Of a stretch of DNA of 16,619 nucleotides, positions 1-7,586 are shown one piece after another. The notes below the pieces were generated by a model. That model saw only the letters and a program-made list of their open reading frames with translations. It ran no database searches and was not told the DNA's origin. Position 1 is the first letter of the stretch. Each line of letters starts with the position of its first letter. The DNA lies in the IMG/VR virus record IMGVR_UViG_3300027710_001241, positions 1 to 16,619 of that record; one strand, written 5' to 3'. The DNA is from a virus. Lineage: Duplodnaviria; Heunggongvirae; Uroviricota; Caudoviricetes. The translations under genes and the position numbers were made by a program.

Positions 1-11
1 TTAACTGTCAT
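1..11 (-). CDS. 5' end of a gene running off the left edge (M-T-V-...)
   Basis: ATG at 11-9 on the minus strand, 4 nt after the stop of the 16..186 ORF. Only 3 full codons are visible. Confidence 0.4.
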
Positions 12-15
12 ATTT

Positions 16-186
16 TTAACCCGCAGGTTGCTTTACTGCTTCTTTAGCTTCAAGTAGGTCTTTGACAAACTTAATTGCTTTTCTGTCAGAATCGTAAACG
101 AATTCTTGATCTTCATCTTCGTCGGTACGCAGAGTTACAATAACTCCATTGCGTACCTTTCGAATTTCTATGCTTTCAAACAACAT
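16..186 (-). CDS. Small hypothetical protein, 56 aa (MLFESIEIRKVRNGVIVTLRTDEDEDQEFVYDSDRKAIKFVKDLLEAKEAVKQPAG)
   Basis: Not in the ORF track; translated by hand. ATG at 186, TAA at 18-16, SD-like AAGAAAGGA just upstream, fills the gap after the 199..984 gene. Confidence 0.8.
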   Translation of the reverse strand: MLFESIEIRKVRNGVIVTLRTDEDEDQEFVYDSDRKAIKFVKDLLEAKEAVKQPAG

Positions 187-198
187 GGGGTTCCTTTC

Positions 199-984
199 TT
201 ATTGTGGAACTGATAGATTATAGTTAAAGTGGAAAATACCAATGTGTGCTACTTCTCTACTCAGTTCCTGATCACACCATATTTGATACCCGGCCTTTTG
301 GGCTTGTTGACAAAAGAAAATATCTTCGCCAATCTCAAGATTTAATGATGGAATAAATTCTTGCAGATAGTGAGGTTGAGGAATCCGTTCATAGACTTCT
401 CTCTTACATAGTACCATACCGTGTGGTAGTACGTCAATTAATTCCATTGGCGGACTTTGATCCGTGGTCTGGAATTCTGTAAACTTACCAGCACTGCCAC
501 TCATGCCAGTAAAGTTAGGGTTGGGGAAACGTCTGCGGCGATAGTTAGCGCCCACAATTTCTTTATTACGTGCCAACAAACGCATAGGTGCGTCAATTGG
601 GAATTTCATATCTGAGTCTACCCACCAAATATAATCAAAGTCTGACTTTAGGAAGATGTCAACTAGATTACGACGGGCAATAGTAATAACTGATCCAATG
701 TTAAATGCACAGTTGATCTTAACACCATTAGCAACCATATTGGCAGCTGCCATGGCCAAGTGTTGTGCAAATTCGGCATTAACCATTTCCATTGCTGGAA
801 CAGCAATCATAACACTTGGTGGTTTTCCATTCTGTGCTGGAGCCTGTGGGCGAAAATTAGTTGGCATAGCCTGACCAGGTGCGCCAGGGCGATTGAATGC
901 TGTCTGCATAGCCGCAGTTGCCGCGGTAGGAGTCGGTGCAGGAGCAGTCGCACGACTTGGAATGTTTAGTTTACCTTTTTTCAT
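199..984 (-). CDS. GT-A fold (GT2-like) nucleotide-diphospho-sugar transferase with an Ala/Pro/Thr/Gln-rich N-terminal extension
   Basis: N-terminal strand MIAVP, DxD motif WWVDSDM, late GEDIFFC motif typical of GT2-like enzymes. SD AAAGGA upstream of the ATG. Confidence 0.8.
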   Translation of the reverse strand: MKKGKLNIPSRATAPAPTPTAATAAMQTAFNRPGAPGQAMPTNFRPQAPAQNGKPPSVMIAVPAMEMVNAEFAQHLAMAAANMVANGVKINCAFNIGSVITIARRNLVDIFLKSDFDYIWWVDSDMKFPIDAPMRLLARNKEIVGANYRRRRFPNPNFTGMSGSAGKFTEFQTTDQSPPMELIDVLPHGMVLCKREVYERIPQPHYLQEFIPSLNLEIGEDIFFCQQAQKAGYQIWCDQELSREVAHIGIFHFNYNLSVPQ

Positions 985-1001
985 TTGTTTCCTTTAAAAT
1001 T

Positions 1002-1030
1002 ATTATACTTGGTAATTGTTGAAAGAGCAA
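1002..1030 (-). promoter_or_regulatory. Sigma70-type promoter for the glycosyltransferase gene
   Basis: Minus strand TTGCTC (1030-1025), 17-nt spacer, TATAAT (1007-1002), followed by SD AAAGGA and the ATG at 984. Confidence 0.7.
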
Positions 1031-1045
1031 GAACTGATTTTGCCA

Positions 1046-1783
1046 TTATCTAGGTGCAAATTCTTGCTGTAATTTAATATTGTCAAAAAACTCTTTTTTG
1101 GTATTGCCGTCGTCTTTGAACGCACCTTTCAATACTGTAGTTTGAGTTAATGAGCTGTGCGCCATAATGCCACGGTTCTCACAGCACCCATGTACTGCTT
1201 GAATATAAACACCTAGGTCTTTGGCTCCTGTGGCTTTTTCGATCTCCCTAGCAATGTCGTTACAAAGTTCCTCCTGGAGAGTACCTCGTCTTGCACACCA
1301 CTGGGCGATACGAGTGTACTTTGAGAGTCCGATAAGTTTCTCAGCGGCAATAATACCAATATAAGCAACGCCACTAACGGGTTGGTGATGATGACTACAC
1401 ATACTACGAAGCTCACTACGAACAACCAGCATACCTTCGTAGCGGTCCTGCGAATCATTTGGGAAAGCGGTTGCGTCTGGTGCTGGTTCATATCTTCCTG
1501 CCATTATTTCGTTAAAATACATTTTAGCAAGTCGTCTTGCTGTACCTTTGCTATTGGGATCGTTTTCTCTATCGATTAATAGAGTATCTAGCACACCTTC
1601 GAATGCCGTTGTAGCTTCGTCGATTAGTCTAGGAATATCTTCTTCACTAACATAGTCGCTGATGTTATCTCCGGCCCAAAATCTTTTGCCATTGCGTCTC
1701 ATCACTGCGCCCAAATAGCCATGCATTGAGCCTTCTTCATAGCCCTTGTCGTCTATGTTGTTTAATGTCACTGGTTCACTCAT
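1046..1783 (-). CDS. folE: GTP cyclohydrolase I (type IA)
   Basis: SMCSHH Zn-ligand motif, IGLSKYTRIAQWCARRGTLQEEL, HGCCENRG and TTVLKGAF segments match the FolE signature pattern. SD GGAG 9 nt upstream of the ATG. Confidence 0.95.
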   Translation of the reverse strand: MSEPVTLNNIDDKGYEEGSMHGYLGAVMRRNGKRFWAGDNISDYVSEEDIPRLIDEATTAFEGVLDTLLIDRENDPNSKGTARRLAKMYFNEIMAGRYEPAPDATAFPNDSQDRYEGMLVVRSELRSMCSHHHQPVSGVAYIGIIAAEKLIGLSKYTRIAQWCARRGTLQEELCNDIAREIEKATGAKDLGVYIQAVHGCCENRGIMAHSSLTQTTVLKGAFKDDGNTKKEFFDNIKLQQEFAPR

Positions 1784-1828
1784 TTTAATTTTCTCCGATG
1801 TTAAGGCAGAGGATTGCCATATAATTCT

Positions 1829-1857
1829 ATTGTACTTTATTTAGATTGAATTGTCAA
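1829..1857 (-). promoter_or_regulatory. Sigma70-type promoter for folE with a nested TAAATA motif
   Basis: Minus strand TTGACA (1857-1852), 17 nt, TACAAT (1834-1829). The spacer contains CTAAATA (TAAATA at 1843-1838). Confidence 0.85.
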
Positions 1858-1862
1858 CACCA

Positions 1863-2834
1863 TTAATATTTTGTGTACCACCGATATGCGCTATCAATGA
1901 TTGTTCCAATATCACTGTGTTCTGGTTCCCAATCTAAATCCCTTTTAGCTTTTGATGAATCTGCAATCAATATTGCAGGATCACCTGGACGCTTAATTCC
2001 ATAATTCAAAAATTTAAATCCATATTTTTCACCAACGTAGTCTGCAATTTGTTTATTGCTAATACCTTGTGCAGTTCCTAAATTGAATACATAAAATCCT
2101 GGATTGTATTCTAAATAATTGATAACTTTGATATGAGCCTGTGCTAGATCCAAAACATGGACATAATCTCTAACGCAGGTACCATCTGGAGTATTATAGT
2201 CATCTCCAAATACATTAAATGCTTTACCGTTAATACTGGCTTCCAAAGCTCGGGCAATAATATGGGTGCCGCCAGATTCTTCACCTAAGTCGTGTTCAAC
2301 GGGCCATGCACCTGCGGCATTAAAATATCTAAAACAGATACTATTGATATCGTAGGCGTTACTGTAATCTCTCAGCATTGTTTCGATCATTAACTTAGTA
2401 CGACCGTAGGGACTAATTGGATTAAGTGGATGACTTTCTGGAATAGGTAATTCTTTAGGTTCACCGTAAACACTGGCACTACTGCTAAACAGTATAGTAG
2501 GCTTCTTAGAAAAATTCTTGATATGATTTAACAATGTAATTGTTTTAGCAACATTGTTTTCATAGTAGTCCGCCGGATCGTACACACTAGGTTCTACCAA
2601 ACTTGTTCCAGCACAATGTACAATAATGTCTGGTTGTTCTAGTTCAATTAGATCTAGTGCAGGCGTGCTGGCATAATCTGCCCTTAAAAAACAATCTATA
2701 TCTTTAAGGGTATGATTATGCTGAACTCGATCTATAATGACAACACGATTATTATGATCAGCATATCTAAATGCCCGTGCGATATGACTACCAATGTAGC
2801 CACATCCTCCGGTGACAATTATAGTTTTGCTCAT
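1863..2834 (-). CDS. galE: UDP-glucose 4-epimerase (extended SDR)
   Basis: GGCGYIG Rossmann motif, FSSSASVYG, YGRTK (YxxxK), RYFNAAGA, DGTCVRDYVHVLDLA, GDPAILIAD. ATGA overlap with the upstream gene. Confidence 0.9.
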   Translation of the reverse strand: MSKTIIVTGGCGYIGSHIARAFRYADHNNRVVIIDRVQHNHTLKDIDCFLRADYASTPALDLIELEQPDIIVHCAGTSLVEPSVYDPADYYENNVAKTITLLNHIKNFSKKPTILFSSSASVYGEPKELPIPESHPLNPISPYGRTKLMIETMLRDYSNAYDINSICFRYFNAAGAWPVEHDLGEESGGTHIIARALEASINGKAFNVFGDDYNTPDGTCVRDYVHVLDLAQAHIKVINYLEYNPGFYVFNLGTAQGISNKQIADYVGEKYGFKFLNYGIKRPGDPAILIADSSKAKRDLDWEPEHSDIGTIIDSAYRWYTKY

Positions 2835-3637
2835 GACAGTCGAAGTAACAAATTCTTCTTTAATGCTGCCTCGAGGACCTGCATAGTAACACCTAGATCT
2901 TTTGACAATGATACCAATGCTTCGGTGTCCTTAGGCAAACAATGTCCACCGAATCCAAAAGATCCATCCGCACCGGGTACCTTCATATGGCTGCGTCCGA
3001 TTCGCTGATCTAAACTAACCAATTCGGCAATAACATCGTAATCTAATCCGGATGCTACTGCTATTCCATGAAGCTCATTCATGAATACAACTTTAGTGGC
3101 TAGAAAACTGTTTATAGCATATTTGGCCAATGCGGCTTCGCCGATATCACAATGCACAATAGTTTTTAAATTTTGTTGACTGAGCTTAACAAAACGTTCA
3201 GCTTCATTCATATAGGCTTTAACACTGCCTCCTATGATAGCAAATGACCCGTTGAGATAATCTCTAACAGCATCCGAAGCTGTAAGGAATTCAGGAACAT
3301 GAACTAGATTTGGATACTGCTCATTTAACCTTTTGTATATATTCGGAGTAGCTGTACACTTACTAATGATAACTCCGGTATATTTAATTTTATGTAACTT
3401 GTTTAATACATCTTCGAGAATAGAGGTATCACAATTTCCAGAGTCGCCACGTGGAGTAGGCACACAGACAAATACTGCTTCTGCTCCTGCAAGATCATTG
3501 TAAGTAGAGTTGTGTCCTTTATTAGGATCTATAATTACAATTTCCATGCAGAATCTATCGGAAATTGAATTAAGTATAGCATCCCCTACATATCCTAGTC
3601 CGATGATACCTATTTTAACTTCAGGAAAGGAGTTCAC
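2831..3637 (-). CDS. UDP-glucose/GDP-mannose 6-dehydrogenase family protein lacking the C-terminal domain
   Basis: GIIGLGYVG, CVPTP, PEFL, AKYAINSFLATKVVFMNE and GFGGHCLPKD (catalytic Cys motif). GTG start; only 268 aa. Confidence 0.88.
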   Translation of the reverse strand: MNSFPEVKIGIIGLGYVGDAILNSISDRFCMEIVIIDPNKGHNSTYNDLAGAEAVFVCVPTPRGDSGNCDTSILEDVLNKLHKIKYTGVIISKCTATPNIYKRLNEQYPNLVHVPEFLTASDAVRDYLNGSFAIIGGSVKAYMNEAERFVKLSQQNLKTIVHCDIGEAALAKYAINSFLATKVVFMNELHGIAVASGLDYDVIAELVSLDQRIGRSHMKVPGADGSFGFGGHCLPKDTEALVSLSKDLGVTMQVLEAALKKNLLLRLS

Positions 3638-4214
3638 GTTCGACGGTTTCCTTAATTACTTCAGTGGCTACCCAACTCACTTCTGAGCCTTCACCCCAAC
3701 TCTGTTTCATTGTTTTTTGAAAGTGAGTTGCTTTTGCAAGAGCTTCTTCGAGGTTGATTGCCTCAACGTCAAAGGTGTATCTAACATCTAGTTTTACGGT
3801 ATATTGTTTGACAACAGCTTTGGTGTTAGAGAAATATTCACGACTATCTATAACAGGTAAGTTAGAGTAATCAAGATTTATAATGTTTTCTACGTACTCG
3901 AGCATTAGTTCTTCAGAGTCTACATTGGTATATGTAACGTCATCCCAGGCAATGTTCCATTCATCTCCTAGTTCTTCACAGTAGGCGCTTTTATAATTTC
4001 GATGAATCCATTGAAATGCCAATGGTTGTTCAGGAACCTCTGCGCCAAGATATACTACAACTTTGGTAGCATTGTCGTAGATGCAGTGACCGCAAGGCCT
4101 ATCATTTTGATCTTTGAATGTAATATGTGAAGTATTATTGAAAATTTCAAAACCCCAGTCATCTCCTGTGGTAAATTTGTTATCAATAGCTTCAAGTACT
4201 GATTTAAGATTCAT
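3621..4214 (-). CDS. Hypothetical protein, acidic, possibly two-domain
   Basis: 197-aa ORF overlapping both neighbours in one operon. No recognisable catalytic motif. Confidence 0.8.
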   Translation of the reverse strand: MNLKSVLEAIDNKFTTGDDWGFEIFNNTSHITFKDQNDRPCGHCIYDNATKVVVYLGAEVPEQPLAFQWIHRNYKSAYCEELGDEWNIAWDDVTYTNVDSEELMLEYVENIINLDYSNLPVIDSREYFSNTKAVVKQYTVKLDVRYTFDVEAINLEEALAKATHFQKTMKQSWGEGSEVSWVATEVIKETVERELLS

Positions 4215-4437
4215 CTGTGAGTCCCATAAAAATTAGTTCACGTTCTGTAATGTTGGCAACGGGCACTAGCCATTCATTCTTAATAGCTTCCATGATCACT
4301 AATTTGTGTGATCTGGGACAGTCTTGGCTGATTTCAAATCCTGCTCTAGGGGCTACAGTAAGTTTATCCTTGATGAGAAATCGAGGATCATCTTGTGTAA
4401 GTGTACGGATTTGACTTTGATGGACGGTGTAGTTCAT
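4204..4437 (-). CDS. Small hypothetical protein, predicted leaderless
   Basis: 77-aa ORF whose ATG lies 6 nt after a -10 box. Its stop overlaps the next gene's start. Confidence 0.78.
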   Translation of the reverse strand: MNYTVHQSQIRTLTQDDPRFLIKDKLTVAPRAGFEISQDCPRSHKLVIMEAIKNEWLVPVANITERELIFMGLTDES

Positions 4438-4443
4438 TCTACT

Positions 4444-4472
4444 AGTATAGCAGAATGTTCGGTAGTTGTCAA
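4444..4472 (-). promoter_or_regulatory. Strong sigma70 promoter with extended -10 for the 4437-1863 operon
   Basis: Minus strand TTGACA (4472-4467), 17 nt ending in TGC, TATACT (4449-4444). Confidence 0.88.
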
Positions 4473-4477
4473 CTACC
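4461..4477. repeat. Perfect inverted repeat GGTAGTTG-T-CAACTACC overlapping the -35 box
   Basis: 8-bp arms at 4461-4468 and 4470-4477, read directly. Confidence 0.9.
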
Positions 4478-5207
4478 AGTTAATCCAATCTTTGTTTCTA
4501 TATGGTTTGCCAGCTTCTGCCGCAGACAAATAACGGACTACCTTCTTTTTAACACGTTGTAAGATTGGATGATTGTGATCGTGTTCGAAGGCTTTTAAGT
4601 ACATACGCCAACTGTTATGACGTCTTTTCTTGCCTTTTTGGTTTTCGTTGAGATAGTTAACAACTTGACGTTTATTTTTACCAAACTTGTCCATAAGTTC
4701 GCAGGCAATGTTAAATCCATACGCATCTATTTCATCTGAGCATCCTAGGTACTCTTGTTCTTCCCTAATTTTACTTTTTTCAGCATTGCTGGCATAATCT
4801 GGAAGTTGCTTAAAGTTTCTTCTTCTAAATTGACGCATGTGAATAATTTCATGTAGCAGGGTGTCTGCTATAGTTGTACACATACTAGAAAATCTTTTGC
4901 TGGTTAGATTTATTATCTTTTCATTGGCCCGATATTGGAACAATATTTCAATGCATTTTTCGTAGTCTTCGTCGTAACCGCTGTAGTAACAGCCACCTAC
5001 AAATACAAAACCTGAATCTACCTTTGGACTAAAAGTTTTTCGAACTCTAACAGGTATGTACTTCTTTAAAAGACCGGTAACTTTTTTATGAAATTGGTCT
5101 ATAGTAAGCGGCTGTTTTACTATTTCAGGCGCCAAGGTATGCATCAGCGTAATTATGCTGTTTCGATTTAACACAGACCAGTCAAAGTTTTTGGTTGAAG
5201 TAGCCAT
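4473..5207 (-). CDS. HEXXH zincin-like (putative metallopeptidase-fold) protein
   Basis: LLHEIIHMRQ followed about 30 aa later by EIDAYG, a gluzincin-like spacing of the third ligand. Confidence 0.6.
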   Translation of the reverse strand: MATSTKNFDWSVLNRNSIITLMHTLAPEIVKQPLTIDQFHKKVTGLLKKYIPVRVRKTFSPKVDSGFVFVGGCYYSGYDEDYEKCIEILFQYRANEKIINLTSKRFSSMCTTIADTLLHEIIHMRQFRRRNFKQLPDYASNAEKSKIREEQEYLGCSDEIDAYGFNIACELMDKFGKNKRQVVNYLNENQKGKKRRHNSWRMYLKAFEHDHNHPILQRVKKKVVRYLSAAEAGKPYRNKDWINW

Positions 5208-5276
5208 TTTTCACCCAGAGTATACTATTAATTATCACTGTTTTGCTTCTATTATATACTACTTTTAAGCTATAAC

Positions 5277-5309
5277 ATATTTATGTGGGCTATTATTGGT
5301 CATAAATAT
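5277..5309. promoter_or_regulatory. Back-to-back CATAAATAT motifs (putative late promoters) at a divergent junction
   Basis: ATATTTATG at 5277-5285 and CATAAATAT at 5301-5309 form a 9-bp inverted repeat; each resembles the T4 late promoter TATAAATA. Confidence 0.55.
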
Positions 5310-5328
5310 CAAACACCAATGTTGTCCA

Positions 5329-5856
5329 ATGAAAATCCATTCTATACACGACCTCTCTAATAATTATGTAGTTGATATGCTTAGGGATAATCTGGTAACC
5401 GTGACTGAATCTAATTTAGTTAAAAACTATCATCCAGACTTTTCTAATGACCCTGCCAATTTATTCTACATTCTTAAAGACGGGCGCTTTAAAAATGGCG
5501 ACTATTTTGTTATGGAAGAAGATGGAAAGTATGTTGGCAGCGCAGGATGGAATCCATATGGTGATGTTGCACTAGTATTAACTAGAGCATTCATTCCTAT
5601 AACAGAACGCAGGAAATATAATATGGCACGTTACCTGCTACCTATAATATTTGAGAAATCAATTGATTTTAAAAAACTTTGGATTACTTGTAACGATTAT
5701 AATTTTACAATATATCGGGCACTAACTAGATTGCACAACGGTAAATCTATAGGATTATGCTCGTCGTGGGATGATGTATATAAAAATTTTATACCTATTG
5801 GAAAAAAGACAGTAAACTATACAGAACAATATGTAGCAGAATATAAAAGATATTAA
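5329..5856 (+). CDS. GNAT-fold N-acyltransferase-like protein
   Basis: YFVMEEDGKYVGSAGW beta-hairpin followed by LVLTRAFIPITERRK (motif-A-like region). The ATG at 5329 is preferred over the track's TTG at 5296. Confidence 0.6.
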   Translation: MKIHSIHDLSNNYVVDMLRDNLVTVTESNLVKNYHPDFSNDPANLFYILKDGRFKNGDYFVMEEDGKYVGSAGWNPYGDVALVLTRAFIPITERRKYNMARYLLPIIFEKSIDFKKLWITCNDYNFTIYRALTRLHNGKSIGLCSSWDDVYKNFIPIGKKTVNYTEQYVAEYKRY

Positions 5857-6422
5857 TTAATATATTCTGCTAACATGATATTTGCTTCTTGCCATGTTAA
5901 TCGTTTCTTAGTAGTTAAGTTTATAAGTGGCATCGAGTAACAATCTCGTTTGCTATTTCCATTGAGAAGGGTGTGAATGATCATGCCATTGACTAAACAG
6001 GCAGGCCCGTTTGCACTAGCTTCGAATATAAAATTGCAATCTTCTTCATTGTAAATTTTTATTCTTTCGCCAACCTTGTTATATATAAAGCTCGGTGATC
6101 TGTCTGGTTTTAGAGAATACCAACACATTTTACTATTAGTTGAATTATAAATCAAATTAATTTTAACACAATCAGTGATTCGGTTTGATAATTCACTAAC
6201 ATAACTAACATCTTTGTGTAAGGTATATTTGTGGTAGGGTAACGCACTAAAAAATCTACAATTGTCTACACCAATGTTTAGAGACGCTAACCATTCTTTA
6301 AACTCAATGTTTATATCATCAATTGGTAATATTTTCTCAAATGATTTATTAATCTTAATATCCTGATAGCACTGGACAAATATATTGGGAATGTTTAATT
6401 CCTGATAATATATATTACTCAT
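5853..6422 (-). CDS. Fe(II)/2OG-type oxygenase (double-stranded beta-helix), group A
   Basis: HKD (HxD) ... KINL ... LVNGMIIHTL (distal His) ... NSKRDCYS (Arg for 2OG). Confidence 0.65.
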   Translation of the reverse strand: MSNIYYQELNIPNIFVQCYQDIKINKSFEKILPIDDINIEFKEWLASLNIGVDNCRFFSALPYHKYTLHKDVSYVSELSNRITDCVKINLIYNSTNSKMCWYSLKPDRSPSFIYNKVGERIKIYNEEDCNFIFEASANGPACLVNGMIIHTLLNGNSKRDCYSMPLINLTTKKRLTWQEANIMLAEYIN

Positions 6423-6424
6423 TT

Positions 6425-7045
6425 TTAATTACCGGTTGTTAACAATATATGCATCCTTGTTTGAGTGCCCATATGAAATACTGAGTGTTTAATACCTTTA
6501 GGGTTGAGATACCAGACTCGGCCATCTGCTGGCATATGACACAGTGTCATATCTCTGTGGGAGTTCTCAAACACCCACAAACAGTTTTCATCTGTTACTA
6601 CTGGAATATGATATCGGTGCGCTGTATGCATGTCCCTGTGTAATCTATAAGCATGATTTGCTCTTAACCATATTAATTGACATCTACCTTGAAAAGGTTT
6701 TTCAAATTTAGAATTGTGCATTTTAAACACATTGTCAATTGCTTCTTTTAGATACAGACCGTCTAACTCAGTTAAAAATTCTGAAAAGTCTTCTTCTTTA
6801 ATATTTGCTTTTTCAACTGTATTGTGACTACCTCGATGTTTTTGCCAACGATCGATCCCTTCGATTCCTGGTAAATGATTTAAGTTAAAAGTTGTTGCTG
6901 TGCGAGACAACAACTCATTATTAAATATGTCATGAGAAATTCCAAGTCTACTAAACAAAATTTCAACCGAATCGATTAATTTTTTTACATCAAAATTAAG
7001 ATCAGTAGGAAAACAATACGGGTCTACTCTATCAGTTACTATCAT
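6425..7045 (-). CDS. AspH-like (Asp/Asn beta-hydroxylase family) Fe(II)/2OG oxygenase, group B
   Basis: LHRD ... RYHIPV ... HMPADGRVWYLN ... KHSV ... TRMHIL. Confidence 0.75.
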   Translation of the reverse strand: MIVTDRVDPYCFPTDLNFDVKKLIDSVEILFSRLGISHDIFNNELLSRTATTFNLNHLPGIEGIDRWQKHRGSHNTVEKANIKEEDFSEFLTELDGLYLKEAIDNVFKMHNSKFEKPFQGRCQLIWLRANHAYRLHRDMHTAHRYHIPVVTDENCLWVFENSHRDMTLCHMPADGRVWYLNPKGIKHSVFHMGTQTRMHILLTTGN

Positions 7046-7586
7046 TTAATAAACTCCATGGATCTTCTATAAATCTAAAACTTAGCGATATTCGTTGCTC
7101 TCCGATTGGAGAGTATACCCCGTGCGGAATCTTTGTATTAAAAATTGTAGGCTGTAATAAATCAAATTGATCAATCAATTGAAATTTTGCATCCTTGGAA
7201 AACTTATATTTTGGAATTCCATTAGGTTGTATCGCTTCATACATTTGACCGTTGACTAAGTTGTATAATCCAGTATATGACCCTTTTGGTATTTTGATTC
7301 CAAAGTTTAATGCCAACGTTTGTTTTTGATGATCAACATGAGTAAGAGCAAACCCATTACCTACTATTACAATGATTGCACATGCTCTAGGAATTATTTT
7401 TTTTTCTTTAAACCATAGATTAATACTAGGACATTTTGCTAGTAAGTCTGGTAATTTAAGATGGAAATAAGGATTTGATGCCCCTGTATTTTTGGGTTCG
7501 TTGTCATATGCATAGACTGTTAATTCTTTAATGATCCTATCGTAATTCTCAATGTGAATAGTTTTATATAAAAAGTTTTCAATCAT
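7032..7586 (-). CDS. Fe(II)/2OG-type oxygenase, group A
   Basis: THVD ... ALNFGI ... PTIFNTKIPHGV ... RISLSFRF. ATGA overlap with the radical SAM stop. Confidence 0.7.
   Translation of the reverse strand: MIENFLYKTIHIENYDRIIKELTVYAYDNEPKNTGASNPYFHLKLPDLLAKCPSINLWFKEKKIIPRACAIIVIVGNGFALTHVDHQKQTLALNFGIKIPKGSYTGLYNLVNGQMYEAIQPNGIPKYKFSKDAKFQLIDQFDLLQPTIFNTKIPHGVYSPIGEQRISLSFRFIEDPWSLLNDSN

Noticed and set aside
656-969. Plus-strand ORFs 656..874 and 760..969
   Set aside because: Antisense shadows of the glycosyltransferase gene, with no motifs or SD.
1213-1579. ORFs 1213..1491 (minus, hydrophobic) and 1382..1579 (plus)
   Set aside because: Both lie wholly inside folE in other frames. The hydrophobic stretch is explained by frame-shifted codon bias.
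1046-1783. A complete 7-deazaguanine (dpd/que) DNA modification system
   Set aside because: Only folE is present; no queC, queD, queE or dpdA in the window.
1600-1783. N-terminal extension of FolE as a novelty
   Set aside because: Similar extensions (F-x-A-x-D-N-I-S type) occur in some bacterial FolE proteins, so it is probably lineage-typical.
1784-1822. Calling the folE leader a canonical preQ1-I or THF-II riboswitch
   Set aside because: Stem and loop are too short for the known consensus; reported only as a speculative variant.
2712-3008. Plus-strand ORF of 98 aa
   Set aside because: Antisense to the galE/ugd junction with no independent support.
4461-4477. Intrinsic terminator reading of the palindrome
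   Set aside because: No U-tract follows it on the transcribed strand; kept only as an operator or stability candidate.
4217-4533. Plus-strand ORFs 4217..4414 and 4324..4533
   Set aside because: Antisense to a gene that has a strong promoter; no motifs.
5221-5280. Sigma70 promoter for the HEXXH gene (TATAAT at 5256-5251, TATACT at 5224-5219)
   Set aside because: Neither -10-like hexamer has a recognisable -35 at 16-18 nt or an extended TG.
5319-5360. Short out-of-frame ORF (ATG at 5319, 13 codons) overlapping the GNAT start
   Set aside because: Could be a regulatory uORF or precursor peptide, but such ORFs arise easily by chance and nothing else supports it.
5850-5863. 14-bp palindrome ATATTAATTAATAT
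   Set aside because: Pure A/T and explained by two overlapping TAA stop codons; too weak to be a terminator.
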